Assembly (NCBI GenBank): GCA_014384675.1
Contig: JACNFK010000020.1
Coordinates: 3,954 to 67,953 of the forward strand
From: Candidatus Thiopontia autotrophica
GTDB taxonomy: Bacteria; Pseudomonadota; Gammaproteobacteria; GCF-002020875
Direction: 5' to 3'
Length of the DNA stretch: 64,000 nt
Positions 10,964 to 21,525 of this stretch are shown here, piece by piece. A model generated the notes under the pieces. That model saw only the letters and a program-made list of their open reading frames with translations. It ran no database searches and was not told the origin of the DNA. Position 1 is the stretch's first letter, and the number at the start of each line of letters is the position of its first letter. A program made the position numbers and the translations under genes.

Positions 10964-12232
10964 CTACTCAGCGACAGCCAGCTTTTCCTGCTCGCCCCCC
11001 TCAAAGATAAGCAGCGGCTCTGATTTATCATTGATAACAGTGGCATCCACCACCACCTTCTCAACACCCTCCTGGGATGGGAGATGGTACATGGTATCAA
11101 GTAGCGCATGCTCAAGAATAGAGCGCAGGCCACGAGCACCAGTCTTGCGTTTGATCCCCTTTTTGGCAATAGCATGCAGGGCATCCTCGCGAATATCCAG
11201 CTCTGCCCCCTCCATCTCAAAGAGTTTTCCATACTGTTTGGTAAGGGCGTTCTTCGGCTCTGTCAGAATCTTGACCAGCGCATCCTCATCCAGCTCTCTC
11301 AGAGTTGCCTCTACGGGAAGACGGCCAACAAACTCCGGGATCAATCCGTACTTGATCAGATCCTCTGGCTCAACATCCTCCAGCACCTCACCAACAGAAC
11401 GTTCATCATCCTTGCTCTTGATCTCGGCAGCAAAACCGATCCCACTTTTCTCGGAGCGGTCACGAATAATTTTGTCCAGCCCGGCAAAGGCACCGCCACA
11501 GATAAAGAGAATCTTGCTGGTATCTACCTGCAAAAACTCCTGTTGTGGATGCTTTCTTCCGCCCTGTGGCGGCACAGATGCTGTTGTACCCTCAACCAGC
11601 TTCAACAGTGCCTGCTGTACGCCTTCACCAGAGACATCACGGGTAATGGATGGGTTGTCTGCCTTGCGGGAGATCTTGTCAATCTCGTCAACATAGATAA
11701 TGCCACTCTCGGCACGCTCCACATCGTAATCACACTTCATCAGCAGTTTCTGGATGATATTCTCTACATCTTCACCTACATAACCGGCCTCGGTCAGTGT
11801 GGTTGCATCTGCAATGGTAAACGGAACATTAAGGGTACGGGCCAGAGTCTCTGCAAGCAGAGTCTTGCCACACCCTGTAGGGCCAATCAACAGTACGTTA
11901 CTTTTGGCAAGCTCTACATCATCCTTTTTATAACCTGACTCTACGCGCTTGTAGTGGTTATAGACCGCAACAGAGAGGGTCTTTTTGGCCTGGTTCTGAC
12001 CAATAACATAGTCATCAAGTGTTGCCCTGATCTTCTCCGGAGTCGGCAACAACGATTCTGAAGAGGACTCTTCATCCTCATCCTGCTCCTCTCGAATGAT
12101 GTCATTACAGAGCTCTACACACTCGTCGCAGACATAAACCGATGGGCCCGCAATCAGTTTTCTTACCTCAGTCTGACTCTTTCCGCAGAAAGAGCAGTAG
12201 AGAAGCTTGCCATCTTCCTCGTTTTCACTCAT
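10964..12232 (-). CDS. clpX: ATP-dependent Clp protease ATP-binding subunit ClpX
   Basis: Zinc-finger N-terminus [33 protein letters not shown], Walker A GPTGCGKT, and an IGF-like loop. Start set at MSENEEDGK (12232), which has a GGAAGGTG RBS, rather than the upstream in-frame Met at 12277. Confidence 0.95.
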   Translation of the reverse strand: MSENEEDGKLLYCSFCGKSQTEVRKLIAGPSVYVCDECVELCNDIIREEQDEDEESSSESLLPTPEKIRATLDDYVIGQNQAKKTLSVAVYNHYKRVESGYKKDDVELAKSNVLLIGPTGCGKTLLAETLARTLNVPFTIADATTLTEAGYVGEDVENIIQKLLMKCDYDVERAESGIIYVDEIDKISRKADNPSITRDVSGEGVQQALLKLVEGTTASVPPQGGRKHPQQEFLQVDTSKILFICGGAFAGLDKIIRDRSEKSGIGFAAEIKSKDDERSVGEVLEDVEPEDLIKYGLIPEFVGRLPVEATLRELDEDALVKILTEPKNALTKQYGKLFEMEGAELDIREDALHAIAKKGIKRKTGARGLRSILEHALLDTMYHLPSQEGVEKVVVDATVINDKSEPLLIFEGGEQEKLAVAE

Positions 12233-12363
12233 AAAATTTGCACCTTCCGTACCTTGAGCAACTAGATCACTCGTCAATTACTGTTTTTTGATGGTTCTTT
12301 ATACTATATTGGCCAGATTATACAAGACGCAGCCACACAATAACCAACTGTTTCTATCAGTTA

Positions 12364-12969
12364 TTAATTGCGGCTCGATAACACCTTGTCTATCAGGCCA
12401 TACTCAACCGACTCATCACTACTCATAAAGTTGTCACGGTCTGTATCCTTGCGAATCTGATCAATTGGCTGCCCCGTATGGTTAGCCAGGATCTTGTTCA
12501 GCCTCTCACGCACATCGAGAATCTCTTTGGCATGAATCTCGATATCTGATGCCTGCCCCTGAAAACCACCAAGAGGCTGATGAATCATCATCCTGGAGTG
12601 TGGAAGACAGAAACGTTTCTCTGCCGCCCCGCCAGCCAGTAACAGTGCCCCCATACTGGCAGCCTGACCAATACACATGGTACTTACGTCTGGCTTGATA
12701 AACTGCATGGTGTCGTAAATAGAGAGACCAGCTGTAACTGAACCACCAGGAGAGTTGATATAGAGATGAATCTCCTTGTCTGGATTCTCAGACTCCAGAA
12801 ACAGTAGCTGAGCAACCACCAGATTAGCCATCTGATCCTCAACCGGGCCCACCAGAAAGATGACTCTCTCCTTGAGTAGGCGGGAGTAAATATCGTAAGC
12901 CCTCTCCCCACGTGAGGACTGCTCTACCACCATTGGTACCATGCCTATATTCTCTATTGGTGAACTCAT
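12364..12969 (-). CDS. clpP: ATP-dependent Clp protease proteolytic subunit ClpP
   Basis: 201 aa with the catalytic triad context [14 protein letters not shown] ... MIHQPLGG, collinear with E. coli ClpP. Confidence 0.97.
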   Translation of the reverse strand: MSSPIENIGMVPMVVEQSSRGERAYDIYSRLLKERVIFLVGPVEDQMANLVVAQLLFLESENPDKEIHLYINSPGGSVTAGLSIYDTMQFIKPDVSTMCIGQAASMGALLLAGGAAEKRFCLPHSRMMIHQPLGGFQGQASDIEIHAKEILDVRERLNKILANHTGQPIDQIRKDTDRDNFMSSDESVEYGLIDKVLSSRN

Positions 12970-13020
12970 ACTCTTATCTCTTCCTCGGTTAAATGGTTCA
13001 ATGCTACCTGTATGCGATAC

Positions 13021-14325
13021 CTAAGCAGTACGATTGGCATTAGCCTTCTGCATCAGCTCCTCGAACTCCATACTCTCGTCCGACACTGTAGCATCATTCA
13101 TCACCAGATCCACAATCTGCTCCTCCAGAGCCAGATTCTGCACACCCTCCAGCTGCTGTGGATTCTTCTCATACCACTCAATAACCTCCTGTGGATCCTC
13201 ATAACCTGAAGCCATGGTCTCAATATGCTTCTTCACCTTGGTTGGATCAACCTGGACATTATGTTCACGGGTAATCTCAGCCAGAATCAGCCCCAGCTTG
13301 ACTCTACGCTCTGCCTGCTCCTTGAACAGGTCAGGACTCAGAACTCCCTCCTGCCCCTGCATCTGCTGCTGCATGTTTTCAGCCATACGGGCAGCCTCTT
13401 CATCAATCAGTGGGGTTGGAATATCAAAGCCGTGCGTCTCATATAGCCCGTCCATCACCTGATTCTTGTTCACCTGGCTAACTGCCTGATCACACTCGCG
13501 CTGCATGTTTTCACGAATCTGGGTACGGAAAGCCTCAACCCCGCCCTCGGTTACGCCATACTTGGTAATAAACTCATCATCTATCTCTGGAAGCACCGCC
13601 TCGGAGACACTGTTTACCGTGATCGCAAACTGGGCTGGTTTGCCAGCCAAATCCTCTGCCGCATAGTCATCAGGGAAGGTGACATCAATACTCTTCTCCT
13701 CACCAGCCTTCATCCCGGCAATACCCTCTTCAAAGCCTGCAATCATTGAACCGGATCCCAGAGTTACCGGCACCCCTTCAGCAGAGCCTCGGTCAAACTC
13801 CTCACCATCAACAGTTCCAACAAAATCTATCACTACCTGATCACCATCGGCTGCTGCTCGCTCAACCTCGCCCCAGCTCTGTTGCTGGCTACGCAGATTG
13901 TCGATCATCTTGTCCATGTCATCATCACCAATCTCAACAACAGGCTTCTCTACCTTGATATCTGCAAACGATGCGATCTCAAACTCTGGATAGATCTCAA
14001 ATGTGGCCTTGTAGGTGAGGTCCTTACCCGCTGCTATCTCTTCCGGATCAATCTTTGGAGCTCCCGCCGGAGTAAGATTCTCCTTGGTGACCGCCTCACC
14101 AAAACTGGCCTGAATCACCTCTCCTGCAACCTCGTGGAGAACTGACTCCCCAAAACGCTTCTTGACTACCGCCATTGGCACTTTTCCAGGACGAAAACCA
14201 TTCAGTTTGGCCGTATTTTTCAGTCGGTTGAGACGATCCGCAACCTCCTTGTCAACACGCTCCGCAGGAACAGTAATTGTAATTGTGCGCTCTAGCCCTT
14301 GGGTTGTTTCTACAGATACTTCCAT
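13021..14325 (-). CDS. tig: trigger factor
   Basis: [28 protein letters not shown] parallels E. coli Tig [28 protein letters not shown]. Start at 14325 rather than the track start 14427, which would add 34 non-conserved residues. Confidence 0.93.
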   Translation of the reverse strand: [434 protein letters not shown]

Positions 14326-14630
14326 GTCTACTCTCGATTCCGTGGTTGAAAGCCGCGTATTGTACCCCAAAATCTCGCTCTGGCAGTACCCTAAAAAACC
14401 AATCATGGCTAGAATGTACAGTTTCATCCTGGAAGAGCAAATTTAACCTGAATCCTCCAGATGATCGTGCGTATAATGTGCAACATATTGATTCATAGAG
14501 CGAATTCTCGACTGAGCATAATCCTTGTTGTGATTTCCGAAGAATAAAATATCACTATATGAATCAAGAGGTTGGTGTATAACAGGTGGGAGCACCTAGA
14601 GAATTCAGGCTTAACATGGAGGTCAACAAT

Positions 14631-16571
14631 ATGAGCAGTGGAAAAACTTACCCGGTTAATAGTGATTTTGCGGCACAGGCCAACATCACCGCTGAACAGT
14701 ACGAGGAGATGTATCAAAAATCTGTGGCTGACCCTGAGGAGTTCTGGGCAGAGCAGGCATCTAGCTACCTCACCTGGTTCAAGCCGTGGGAGACCACACT
14801 TGACTGGGATTATAGTAATGACGTCCATATAAACTGGTTCAAGGGTGGCAAACTCAACGCCTCATACAACTGTCTTGATCGCCACCTGAAGGATCGTGGT
14901 GATCAGATTGCAATTATCTGGGAGGGGGATGACCCCAATGAGGATCGCAAGATAACCTACAGGGAACTCCATTCCGAGGTCAGTCAATTTGCCAATGTGC
15001 TCAAAGCACGTGGGGTAGAAAAGGGAGACCGAGTCTCCATATATATGCCGATGGTTCCAGAGGCTGCTGTAGCAATGCTTGCCTGCACCCGTATTGGTGC
15101 CATCCACTCTGTAGTGTTTGGCGGATTCTCTCCGGATGCACTGCGTGATCGCATCCTTGACTCTGATTGCCGGGTGGTGATTACCGCTGACCAGAGCATT
15201 CGTGGCGGCAAAAAGGTTCCGCTTAAACAGAATGCAGACCAGGCCATGGCCGCCTGCCCCAATGTCCATACCTCTATTGTGGTAAGACGTGGCGGAGAGC
15301 CTGTTGAGTGGAATGCGGAGAGAGATATCTGGTACCACGAAGCGATGGAGGATGCACCTACCAAGTGCCCTCCTGAGGAGATGGATGCCGAGGATCCAAT
15401 GTTTATCCTCTACACCTCTGGCTCTACCGGAAAACCAAAAGGGGTCCAACACACAACTGGTGGTTATATGCTCCATGCTGCCATTACCCACAAACTGGTC
15501 TTTGACTACAAGGATGGCGAAGTCTACTGGTGCACCGCCGACGTGGGATGGGTAACCGGACACACATATATACTCTATGGCCCCCTGGCTAATGGCGCCA
15601 CCACCATGATGTTTGAGGGCATCCCCACCTACCCCACCGTCTCCCGCTTCTGGGATGTTTGTGACAAGCACAGTGTAGCCAGCTTCTATACTGCACCCAC
15701 CGCAATTCGTGCACTAATGGCTGCTGGTGATGAGCCGGTGCGAAGCACATCCAGAAAATCACTGCGACTGCTCGGGACTGTAGGCGAACCGATTAATCCG
15801 GAGGCCTGGGAGTGGTACTACAATGTGGTTGGTGATGGGCGCTGCCCAATTGTTGATACCTGGTGGCAGACCGAGACCGGTGGCCATATGATTACCCCTC
15901 TGCCAGGGGCACATCAACTTAAACCGGGCTCTGCAAGCCGTCCCTTCTTTGGGGTGCAGCCAGTACTGCTGGATGATGAGGGTAACGAGCTTGAAGGGGC
16001 AACCTCAGGCAATCTGGCAATGAAATTTCCGTGGCCAGGGCAGATGCGCACCCTATATGGCGACCATAACCGTTTTATCGAAACCTATTTCAGCCAGTTC
16101 CCCGGATACTATTTCAGTGGTGATGGTGCCCGCCGTGATGAGGATGGATACTGGTGGATTACCGGTCGGGTTGATGATGTACTCAATGTCTCTGGTCACC
16201 GTCTGGGAACCGCAGAAATTGAATCAGCCCTCGTACTGCATGAACAGGTGGCCGAAGCTGCTGTGGTTGGATACCCACATGAAATTACCGGACAGGGAAT
16301 ATACGCCTTTGTCACCCTGATGCAGGAAACCGAAAGCAGTGACTCACTAAAAGATGAGTTGGTGGCGCTTGTACGCAAGGAGATTGGACCAATTGCCAAG
16401 GTTAACATTATCCAGTGGGCCCCAGGGCTGCCAAAAACACGTTCCGGCAAGATCATGCGCCGAATTCTACGCAAGATTGCAGCTAACGAGCTGGAAGATC
16501 TGGGAGACACCTCTACCCTGGCTGACCCCTCTGTGGTTGAGGAGTTAATCAACAATCGGGAGAGTGGATAA
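14631..16571 (+). CDS. acs: acetyl-coenzyme A synthetase (AMP-forming)
   Basis: AMP-binding motif [11 protein letters not shown], a conserved WWQTETGG segment, and C-terminal catalytic Lys context [14 protein letters not shown]. Start at MSSGKTYPV with GGAGG 10 nt upstream. Confidence 0.95.
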   Translation: MSSGKTYPVNSDFAAQANITAEQYEEMYQKSVADPEEFWAEQASSYLTWFKPWETTLDWDYSNDVHINWFKGGKLNASYNCLDRHLKDRGDQIAIIWEGDDPNEDRKITYRELHSEVSQFANVLKARGVEKGDRVSIYMPMVPEAAVAMLACTRIGAIHSVVFGGFSPDALRDRILDSDCRVVITADQSIRGGKKVPLKQNADQAMAACPNVHTSIVVRRGGEPVEWNAERDIWYHEAMEDAPTKCPPEEMDAEDPMFILYTSGSTGKPKGVQHTTGGYMLHAAITHKLVFDYKDGEVYWCTADVGWVTGHTYILYGPLANGATTMMFEGIPTYPTVSRFWDVCDKHSVASFYTAPTAIRALMAAGDEPVRSTSRKSLRLLGTVGEPINPEAWEWYYNVVGDGRCPIVDTWWQTETGGHMITPLPGAHQLKPGSASRPFFGVQPVLLDDEGNELEGATSGNLAMKFPWPGQMRTLYGDHNRFIETYFSQFPGYYFSGDGARRDEDGYWWITGRVDDVLNVSGHRLGTAEIESALVLHEQVAEAAVVGYPHEITGQGIYAFVTLMQETESSDSLKDELVALVRKEIGPIAKVNIIQWAPGLPKTRSGKIMRRILRKIAANELEDLGDTSTLADPSVVEELINNRESG

Positions 16572-16819
16572 ACCAACCAGATCTCCCTCACAAGTTATCC
16601 TATGGGGGAAAGGTTATGGTTCAGTGCGTTGTAATAACACCTGTAGAGCCCTCTCCCCAAACCCCCATCCCATTAATCTTTTTCAGATGTTCCTTAGTTG
16701 TGTAGAAAAATAGTTGCGCCTACTCACCCAACCAGTATGATTGGGCGAGTAATAAAATATAAATTAAACATCTTGCTGATCCCATGATCTATCCAGGATG
16801 TTGTTTCGGAGGAGATGTA

Positions 16820-17482
16820 ATGCATAGAAAGCCGATCACTTTCATGTTTATTGCCATGTTGTCACCACTATCCCATGGGTGGGATGGGTTTGATCGTGGA
16901 GGTGAGGCCGAGGAGGCAATGACGCTTACACCGGATATAGATAACGGCAAAAAAATATATGATACCTGCTCTCTATGCCACACCTCGCAGGGCTGGGGAA
17001 TGGCTCCAGGAATTGGTCAATACCGTGTCCCGGGAACATATCCACAACTGGCCGGCCAGCACAAGTCGGTTCTGATCAAACAACTAACCGATATTCGCCA
17101 GCTTAATCGCGACAATCCGGTCATGTATCCATTTACTCTGAACAGATATATTGGTAATGCTCAGGATATAGCAGATGTCACTGGATACATCACAACCCTG
17201 CCTGTTAACAGGCAAAACTACCTCGGACATGGAGACGACCTGGAGCATGGCAAAAAACTTTATCAGGACAACTGCGCTCAATGCCATGGCGACAACGGTG
17301 AGGGCGATCCGGAAAATTTTTATCCCAAACTGAACAATCAACACTACGAATACATGTTAAGACAGTTTATCTGGATCAGGGATGGCAAACGGAGAAACGC
17401 CAACAAGAAGATGGTCAAACAGATTCAAAAATTTAGCTACAGAGATATAAAAGCAGTCATTGATTACTCATCAAGATTCTAA
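16820..17482 (+). CDS. dihaem c-type cytochrome, cytochrome c4-like, periplasmic
   Basis: Two CxxCH motifs (CSLCHT, CAQCHG), YPQLAGQ and other c4-type repeat features, and an N-terminal signal peptide. GGAGG RBS. Confidence 0.85.
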   Translation: MHRKPITFMFIAMLSPLSHGWDGFDRGGEAEEAMTLTPDIDNGKKIYDTCSLCHTSQGWGMAPGIGQYRVPGTYPQLAGQHKSVLIKQLTDIRQLNRDNPVMYPFTLNRYIGNAQDIADVTGYITTLPVNRQNYLGHGDDLEHGKKLYQDNCAQCHGDNGEGDPENFYPKLNNQHYEYMLRQFIWIRDGKRRNANKKMVKQIQKFSYRDIKAVIDYSSRF

Positions 17483-17537
17483 CAAACGCGCAATAATAAC
17501 AAGATATTATAAAAACTATTAAAGGAAACTTGTGAAG

Positions 17538-18239
17538 ATGAAAAAACTATTTGTCCCACTCCTGATTTTCGTGGCAGGCATGGTTGCCCTGGGGGGCGTA
17601 AACATATTCTTTGGTGCAACCAACGAGATGGCATTCTGTACATCATGTCACTCAATGAAGGTAAATCTTGAAGAGTACAAAGAGACCGTCCATTACAAAA
17701 ACCAGTCCGGTGTGCAGACAACCTGTTCCGACTGCCACGTACCGCAGCAATTCTTCCCCAAGGTCCTTGCCAAGATCATGGCAGCCAAGGATGTATACCA
17801 CTGGGTGCTCGGTACTATTGAGCCGGATGAGTCACAACTTGTAAGTGCAGATGACAATGGAAATTGTCCGGATCTGTTTGTCCCGATCAAGGAGGGGTCC
17901 AACCTCTGCATTCCAAATTACGGGGAAGTCTATAGCGAAGATGACATGAGCGAGGAGGCGGAAGAGCGTCGAGAGGCTGCCCTGGAGAAATTCAATGCAT
18001 ATCGCTGGAAGATGGCAAACAGTGTCTGGGACAAGATGAAGGCATCCGATTCTCGCGAATGTAGAAACTGTCATGATTTCGAGAACATGGACCTTGATAT
18101 ACAGGACCGCAGTGCTCGCAAGAAACATGGTCGCGCCACAGAGAAGGGACAGACCTGTATAGATTGCCATAAGGGAATTGCCCATACAGAGCCCGACGAG
18201 CCTGAGGAGAATGAAGACGAAGAGGAAGATGAAGAATAG
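17538..18239 (+). CDS. NapC/NirT/CymA-family membrane-anchored tetrahaem cytochrome c (quinol dehydrogenase-like) with acidic insertion and tail
   Basis: N-terminal TM helix (LFVPLLIFVAGMVALGGV) and four CxxCH motifs (CTSCHS, CSDCHV, CRNCHD, CIDCHK). Collinear with E. coli NapC (FCISCHEM..CPDCHVP..CRNCHNF..CIDCHKGIAH). It carries a ~50-aa Asp/Glu-rich insertion and a poly-acidic C-terminus, EPDEPEENEDEEEDEE. Confidence 0.85.
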   Translation: MKKLFVPLLIFVAGMVALGGVNIFFGATNEMAFCTSCHSMKVNLEEYKETVHYKNQSGVQTTCSDCHVPQQFFPKVLAKIMAAKDVYHWVLGTIEPDESQLVSADDNGNCPDLFVPIKEGSNLCIPNYGEVYSEDDMSEEAEERREAALEKFNAYRWKMANSVWDKMKASDSRECRNCHDFENMDLDIQDRSARKKHGRATEKGQTCIDCHKGIAHTEPDEPEENEDEEEDEE

Positions 18240-18249
18240 GAACAGCACA

Positions 18250-19188
18250 ATGAAAAAAATCGTAATAACCCTACTCTCCATGCTCCTCTCAACTACAGCA
18301 TCCGCTGATGAGGCACTGGATAACGCCCTGCGCAGAGCAGCTGCCAATGGTGATTTTGAGGCCACTCAACAACTAATTGACAGAGGCGCGAATGTAAACA
18401 GCAGAGGAGAGCTTGGCCATACTCCGCTGATTTATGCTGCAGAGGATGGTCAAATCTCAATTGCAAAACTGCTTATTGACAGTGGCGCCCGTATTAATGA
18501 TCAGACCAAAGGTGGATATACCGCCATCTCCGCTGCTGCAGATGAGGGAAGTATCACCCTGGTAGCCCTACTATTAAGGTCAGGTGCCGACCCTCACATC
18601 AAAACCAGTAATGGAATGGATGCCCTGATGGTGGCAATCCGCAGTGGAGATGCAGATGTCATCTCCATGCTTATGGCATATAACAGCAACATTAACACCG
18701 CAGATCGCCATGGACGGACTGCTCTCATGATAGCGACAAAACAGGGGCACATTAATACTGTACACATGCTTCTTCTCGCCAGTGCGGGAATGGATATTCG
18801 TGATAAAAATGGGAAAACTGCATTGATGATGGCGGCCGAGAGCGGGAATATGGATATTATTAATGCCCTGCTCAACCGCGGGGCATCAACATCCGTCACT
18901 AATGATCACGGCGCATCAGCTCTCCACTACGCTGTCTCCAAAAGAGGGGTTGATAGCGCACTTACCATACTTAACCACGGTGCAGATATAAATGTCACCG
19001 ACCAGGATGGGTGGACACCACTAATGGAAGCGGTAGGCAGTGGCAATATGGAGCTGGCAAAACTAATGATTCAACGAGGCGCAAAGACAGATGTGCGTGA
19101 TCATGAGGGGCTTGATCTGTTACTGATTTCAAAAATGAATCGCCATCATCAACTAACAGAATATCTTCGCACAATCATAAAAAAATAA
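18250..19188 (+). CDS. secreted ankyrin-repeat protein (about 8 ANK repeats) with signal peptide
   Basis: MKKIVITLLSMLLSTTASA signal peptide, then tandem ~33-aa repeats with the TPLxxAAxxGHxxxVxxLLxxGA consensus. Start chosen at the ATG with an AGGAA RBS, 72 nt inside the track ORF. Confidence 0.85.
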   Translation: MKKIVITLLSMLLSTTASADEALDNALRRAAANGDFEATQQLIDRGANVNSRGELGHTPLIYAAEDGQISIAKLLIDSGARINDQTKGGYTAISAAADEGSITLVALLLRSGADPHIKTSNGMDALMVAIRSGDADVISMLMAYNSNINTADRHGRTALMIATKQGHINTVHMLLLASAGMDIRDKNGKTALMMAAESGNMDIINALLNRGASTSVTNDHGASALHYAVSKRGVDSALTILNHGADINVTDQDGWTPLMEAVGSGNMELAKLMIQRGAKTDVRDHEGLDLLLISKMNRHHQLTEYLRTIIKK

Positions 19189-19386
19189 TTTTACTGAAAC
19201 GCTGCAGCCACACCCTGAATGCAGTTTCAGTAAACGCATATAAGAAGATACAGATACTCTAATCTGCCTCTATTTGCTTGCACAAGAAGTTCTTTTTATA
19301 TTATTATTGCTCTGCTCCGGGTTGAGAGACTTGGAGCAAATTAATATTAATTTTAACAAAATCTCTAATTAACTTTAGGAGGAGAT

Positions 19387-19986
19387 ATGAAAGCAACTAA
19401 ACTTGCTATGGCCATCATTGGTGGCTGCGCAATTAGTCTGTCTGTATCTGCAGGCGGAAATATGACAGGGGCTGATGCATCAATGCTATCCAATACCTGT
19501 GCCGGTTGTCACGGTACTGATGGCGGTAGTTCTGGACCAGCTATTCCATCCATTGGCGGAATGTCTGCAACCTACATTACAGATATGATGAATGCATACA
19601 AGTCGGGTGATACTGTCAGTACCATTATGGGACGTATTGCCAAGGGCTACAGCGAAGATGAGATCGGCGCAATGGCTAACTACTTCGCCGAGCAATCACA
19701 GACTCGTGCAGATCAGTCTTTTGACAAGGCCAAGGCTGCCAAGGGTATGAAACTGCATGACAAGTACTGTGAGAAGTGTCACTCAGAGGGTGGATCTCTA
19801 GCCGACGATGACTCCGGTATTCTTGCTGGTCAGCTAACACCTTACCTTCACTACAGCATGGAAGACTTCGATAATGGAGATCGCTCTATGCCCGAGAAGA
19901 TGAAGAAAAAGGTCAAGAAGCTGAACAAGAAGGAAGGTGCTGCCGGTATGGAAGCCATCCTCAACTACTACGCCAGTCAGCGTTAA
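19387..19986 (+). CDS. fccA: flavocytochrome c sulfide dehydrogenase, dihaem cytochrome subunit FccA
   Basis: Signal peptide, two CxxCH motifs (CAGCHG, CEKCHS), and the expected size (199 aa). Lies immediately upstream of the flavoprotein subunit. GGAGG RBS. Confidence 0.85.
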   Translation: MKATKLAMAIIGGCAISLSVSAGGNMTGADASMLSNTCAGCHGTDGGSSGPAIPSIGGMSATYITDMMNAYKSGDTVSTIMGRIAKGYSEDEIGAMANYFAEQSQTRADQSFDKAKAAKGMKLHDKYCEKCHSEGGSLADDDSGILAGQLTPYLHYSMEDFDNGDRSMPEKMKKKVKKLNKKEGAAGMEAILNYYASQR

Positions 19987-20001
19987 GGAGGAGCAAATAA
20001 A

Positions 20002-21324
20002 ATGAGTAAATTTAATCGTAGAGATTTTCTGAAGGTTTCTGGTGGAGCAGTTGGTGCTGCAACCATTGCCACTTCTGGGCTATCTTTTGCAAACACCAAC
20101 CTTGATTCGCGCGGTCGTGTTGTGGTTGTTGGTGGTGGTCTGGGTGGCGCAACTGCAGCAAAATACATTAAGCGTGCCGATGCATCCATTGATGTGACTA
20201 TCATTGAGCCAAACAAGACCTATTACACCGGCTTTACCAGTAACCTGACCCTGACCGGAATGGTTACCATGGATCAGCTTGGTCACACCTATGAGGGTCT
20301 TACTGCAATGGGTATCAAGGTTGTTCATGACTCTGTTACCGAGATTGGTGACAAGGCCGTGAAGACTGCTGGTGGTGGAAGCTACGGCTTTGACCGTTGC
20401 GTGGTATCTCCAGGTGTTGACTTCAAGTTTGTTGATGGACACAGTGAAGAGGTTGCCAACAAGTCTGTAACTCACGCATACAAGTCTGGTCATCAGATGA
20501 ACCTTCTTGGTGAGCAGATTCGTGGCATGAAGGATGGTGGTACTGTTGTAATTGCAGCACCTCGCAACCCATTCCGTTGCCCTCCTGGACCTTACGAGCG
20601 TACCAGCCAGATCGCTTCCTACCTCAAGACTCACAATCCAAAATCCAAGATTATTGTCCTTGATCCAAAGGGTAAGTTCTCCAAGTTTGGCCTGTTCCGT
20701 GAGGCATGGAATATCCATTATGGATTTGATCCAGCTGCAGACGGTAGCAATGATGGCTCTATCATTGAGTGGAGAAAGATGACTCCTCTGGAAGAGATTG
20801 ATGCAGCTACAAACACTGCTATCACCGAGGTTGACGAGGTTAAGGGTGACGTTCTTAACGTTATTCCTGACCAGAAGGCTGGCCATGTTGCACATGTAAA
20901 TGGTCTGGTTGATGGTGACTGGTGTCCTGTAAATCTGCAGACTTTTGAGTCCAAGAAGCGTGCAAACATCCACGTCATTGGTGACTCCAGTGCAGCCAAG
21001 GGGCTTCCAAAGTCCGGTTATGCGGCGGCATCTGAAGCGAAGGTAACGGCAGCGGCTATTGTTGCAGCATTGAATGGTAACTCTGCTCCAATCCCGGCCT
21101 ACACCAACACCTGCTACAGTGTGGTTGCACCAAATGATGCGTTCTCCGTAGCAGCGGTATACCAGTTGGCTGCAGATCACTCGAAGGTCATGAAGGTCTC
21201 CGGTGGTCTTACCCCAAGCGGTAAAAACCGTAATCCAGCACATCGCGAACGTGAAGTAGCGTATGCACTGAGCTGGTATGAGAACATTACTACTGATGCA
21301 TTTAGCGACGGCAAGAAGCTATAA
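20002..21324 (+). CDS. fccB: flavocytochrome c sulfide dehydrogenase, FAD-binding flavoprotein subunit FccB (Tat-exported)
   Basis: Twin-arginine signal NRRDFLKVSGGAVGAATIA, FAD fold VVVVGGGLGGATAAKYI, and pyridine-nucleotide disulfide oxidoreductase family features with Cys residues. Confidence 0.88.
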   Translation: MSKFNRRDFLKVSGGAVGAATIATSGLSFANTNLDSRGRVVVVGGGLGGATAAKYIKRADASIDVTIIEPNKTYYTGFTSNLTLTGMVTMDQLGHTYEGLTAMGIKVVHDSVTEIGDKAVKTAGGGSYGFDRCVVSPGVDFKFVDGHSEEVANKSVTHAYKSGHQMNLLGEQIRGMKDGGTVVIAAPRNPFRCPPGPYERTSQIASYLKTHNPKSKIIVLDPKGKFSKFGLFREAWNIHYGFDPAADGSNDGSIIEWRKMTPLEEIDAATNTAITEVDEVKGDVLNVIPDQKAGHVAHVNGLVDGDWCPVNLQTFESKKRANIHVIGDSSAAKGLPKSGYAAASEAKVTAAAIVAALNGNSAPIPAYTNTCYSVVAPNDAFSVAAVYQLAADHSKVMKVSGGLTPSGKNRNPAHREREVAYALSWYENITTDAFSDGKKL

Positions 21325-21348
21325 GCTCAGATTAACGTTCTGAAAACA

Positions 21349-21386
21349 GGCCCTCAGAAGGAGACTTCTGAGGGCTTTTTTATTAT
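21349..21386 (+). terminator. rho-independent terminator of the fccAB operon
   Basis: Perfect 11-bp stem GCCCTCAGAAG / CTTCTGAGGGC with a GAGA tetraloop, followed by TTTTTTATT. Confidence 0.88.
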
Positions 21387-21518
21387 GAATCCGTGCGAAA
21401 GTAATAGCGACCTCCCACGAGTAGCCGTCTGTGGCCTGGACGACCACAGTCGAGCGACACAGGGATGTGCTTGAGCATGCTGCATGGGTGATATCGCTAT
21501 TACTTTCGCACGGATTCA
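21386..21518. repeat. 133-bp MITE-like element bounded by perfect 25-bp terminal inverted repeats
   Basis: Left arm TGAATCCGTGCGAAAGTAATAGCGA (21386-21410) is the exact reverse complement of the right arm TCGCTATTACTTTCGCACGGATTCA (21494-21518). The internal segment has a further hairpin, CTGTGG..CCACAG. No coding capacity. Confidence 0.7.
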
Positions 21519-21525
21519 TACCAAC

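Noticed and set aside
10740-11696. 318-aa + strand ORF
   Set aside because: Lies entirely antisense within clpX. Low-complexity Ser/Pro-rich translation with no motifs. clpX on the minus strand is unambiguous.
14862-15671. 269-aa - strand ORF (and nested 126-aa ORF at 14984..15364)
   Set aside because: Antisense inside acs. No RBS and no recognisable domain.
20080-21243. 387-aa - strand ORF
   Set aside because: Antisense to fccB. Cys-rich nonsense composition typical of the reverse frame of a GC-skewed gene.
21484-21525. N-terminal 14 codons of the track ORF 21484..22959, and the 66-aa - strand ORF at 21319..21519
   Set aside because: Both are generated by the 25-bp inverted-repeat element. 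The FGE-domain gene more plausibly starts at the signal-peptide Met at 21526.
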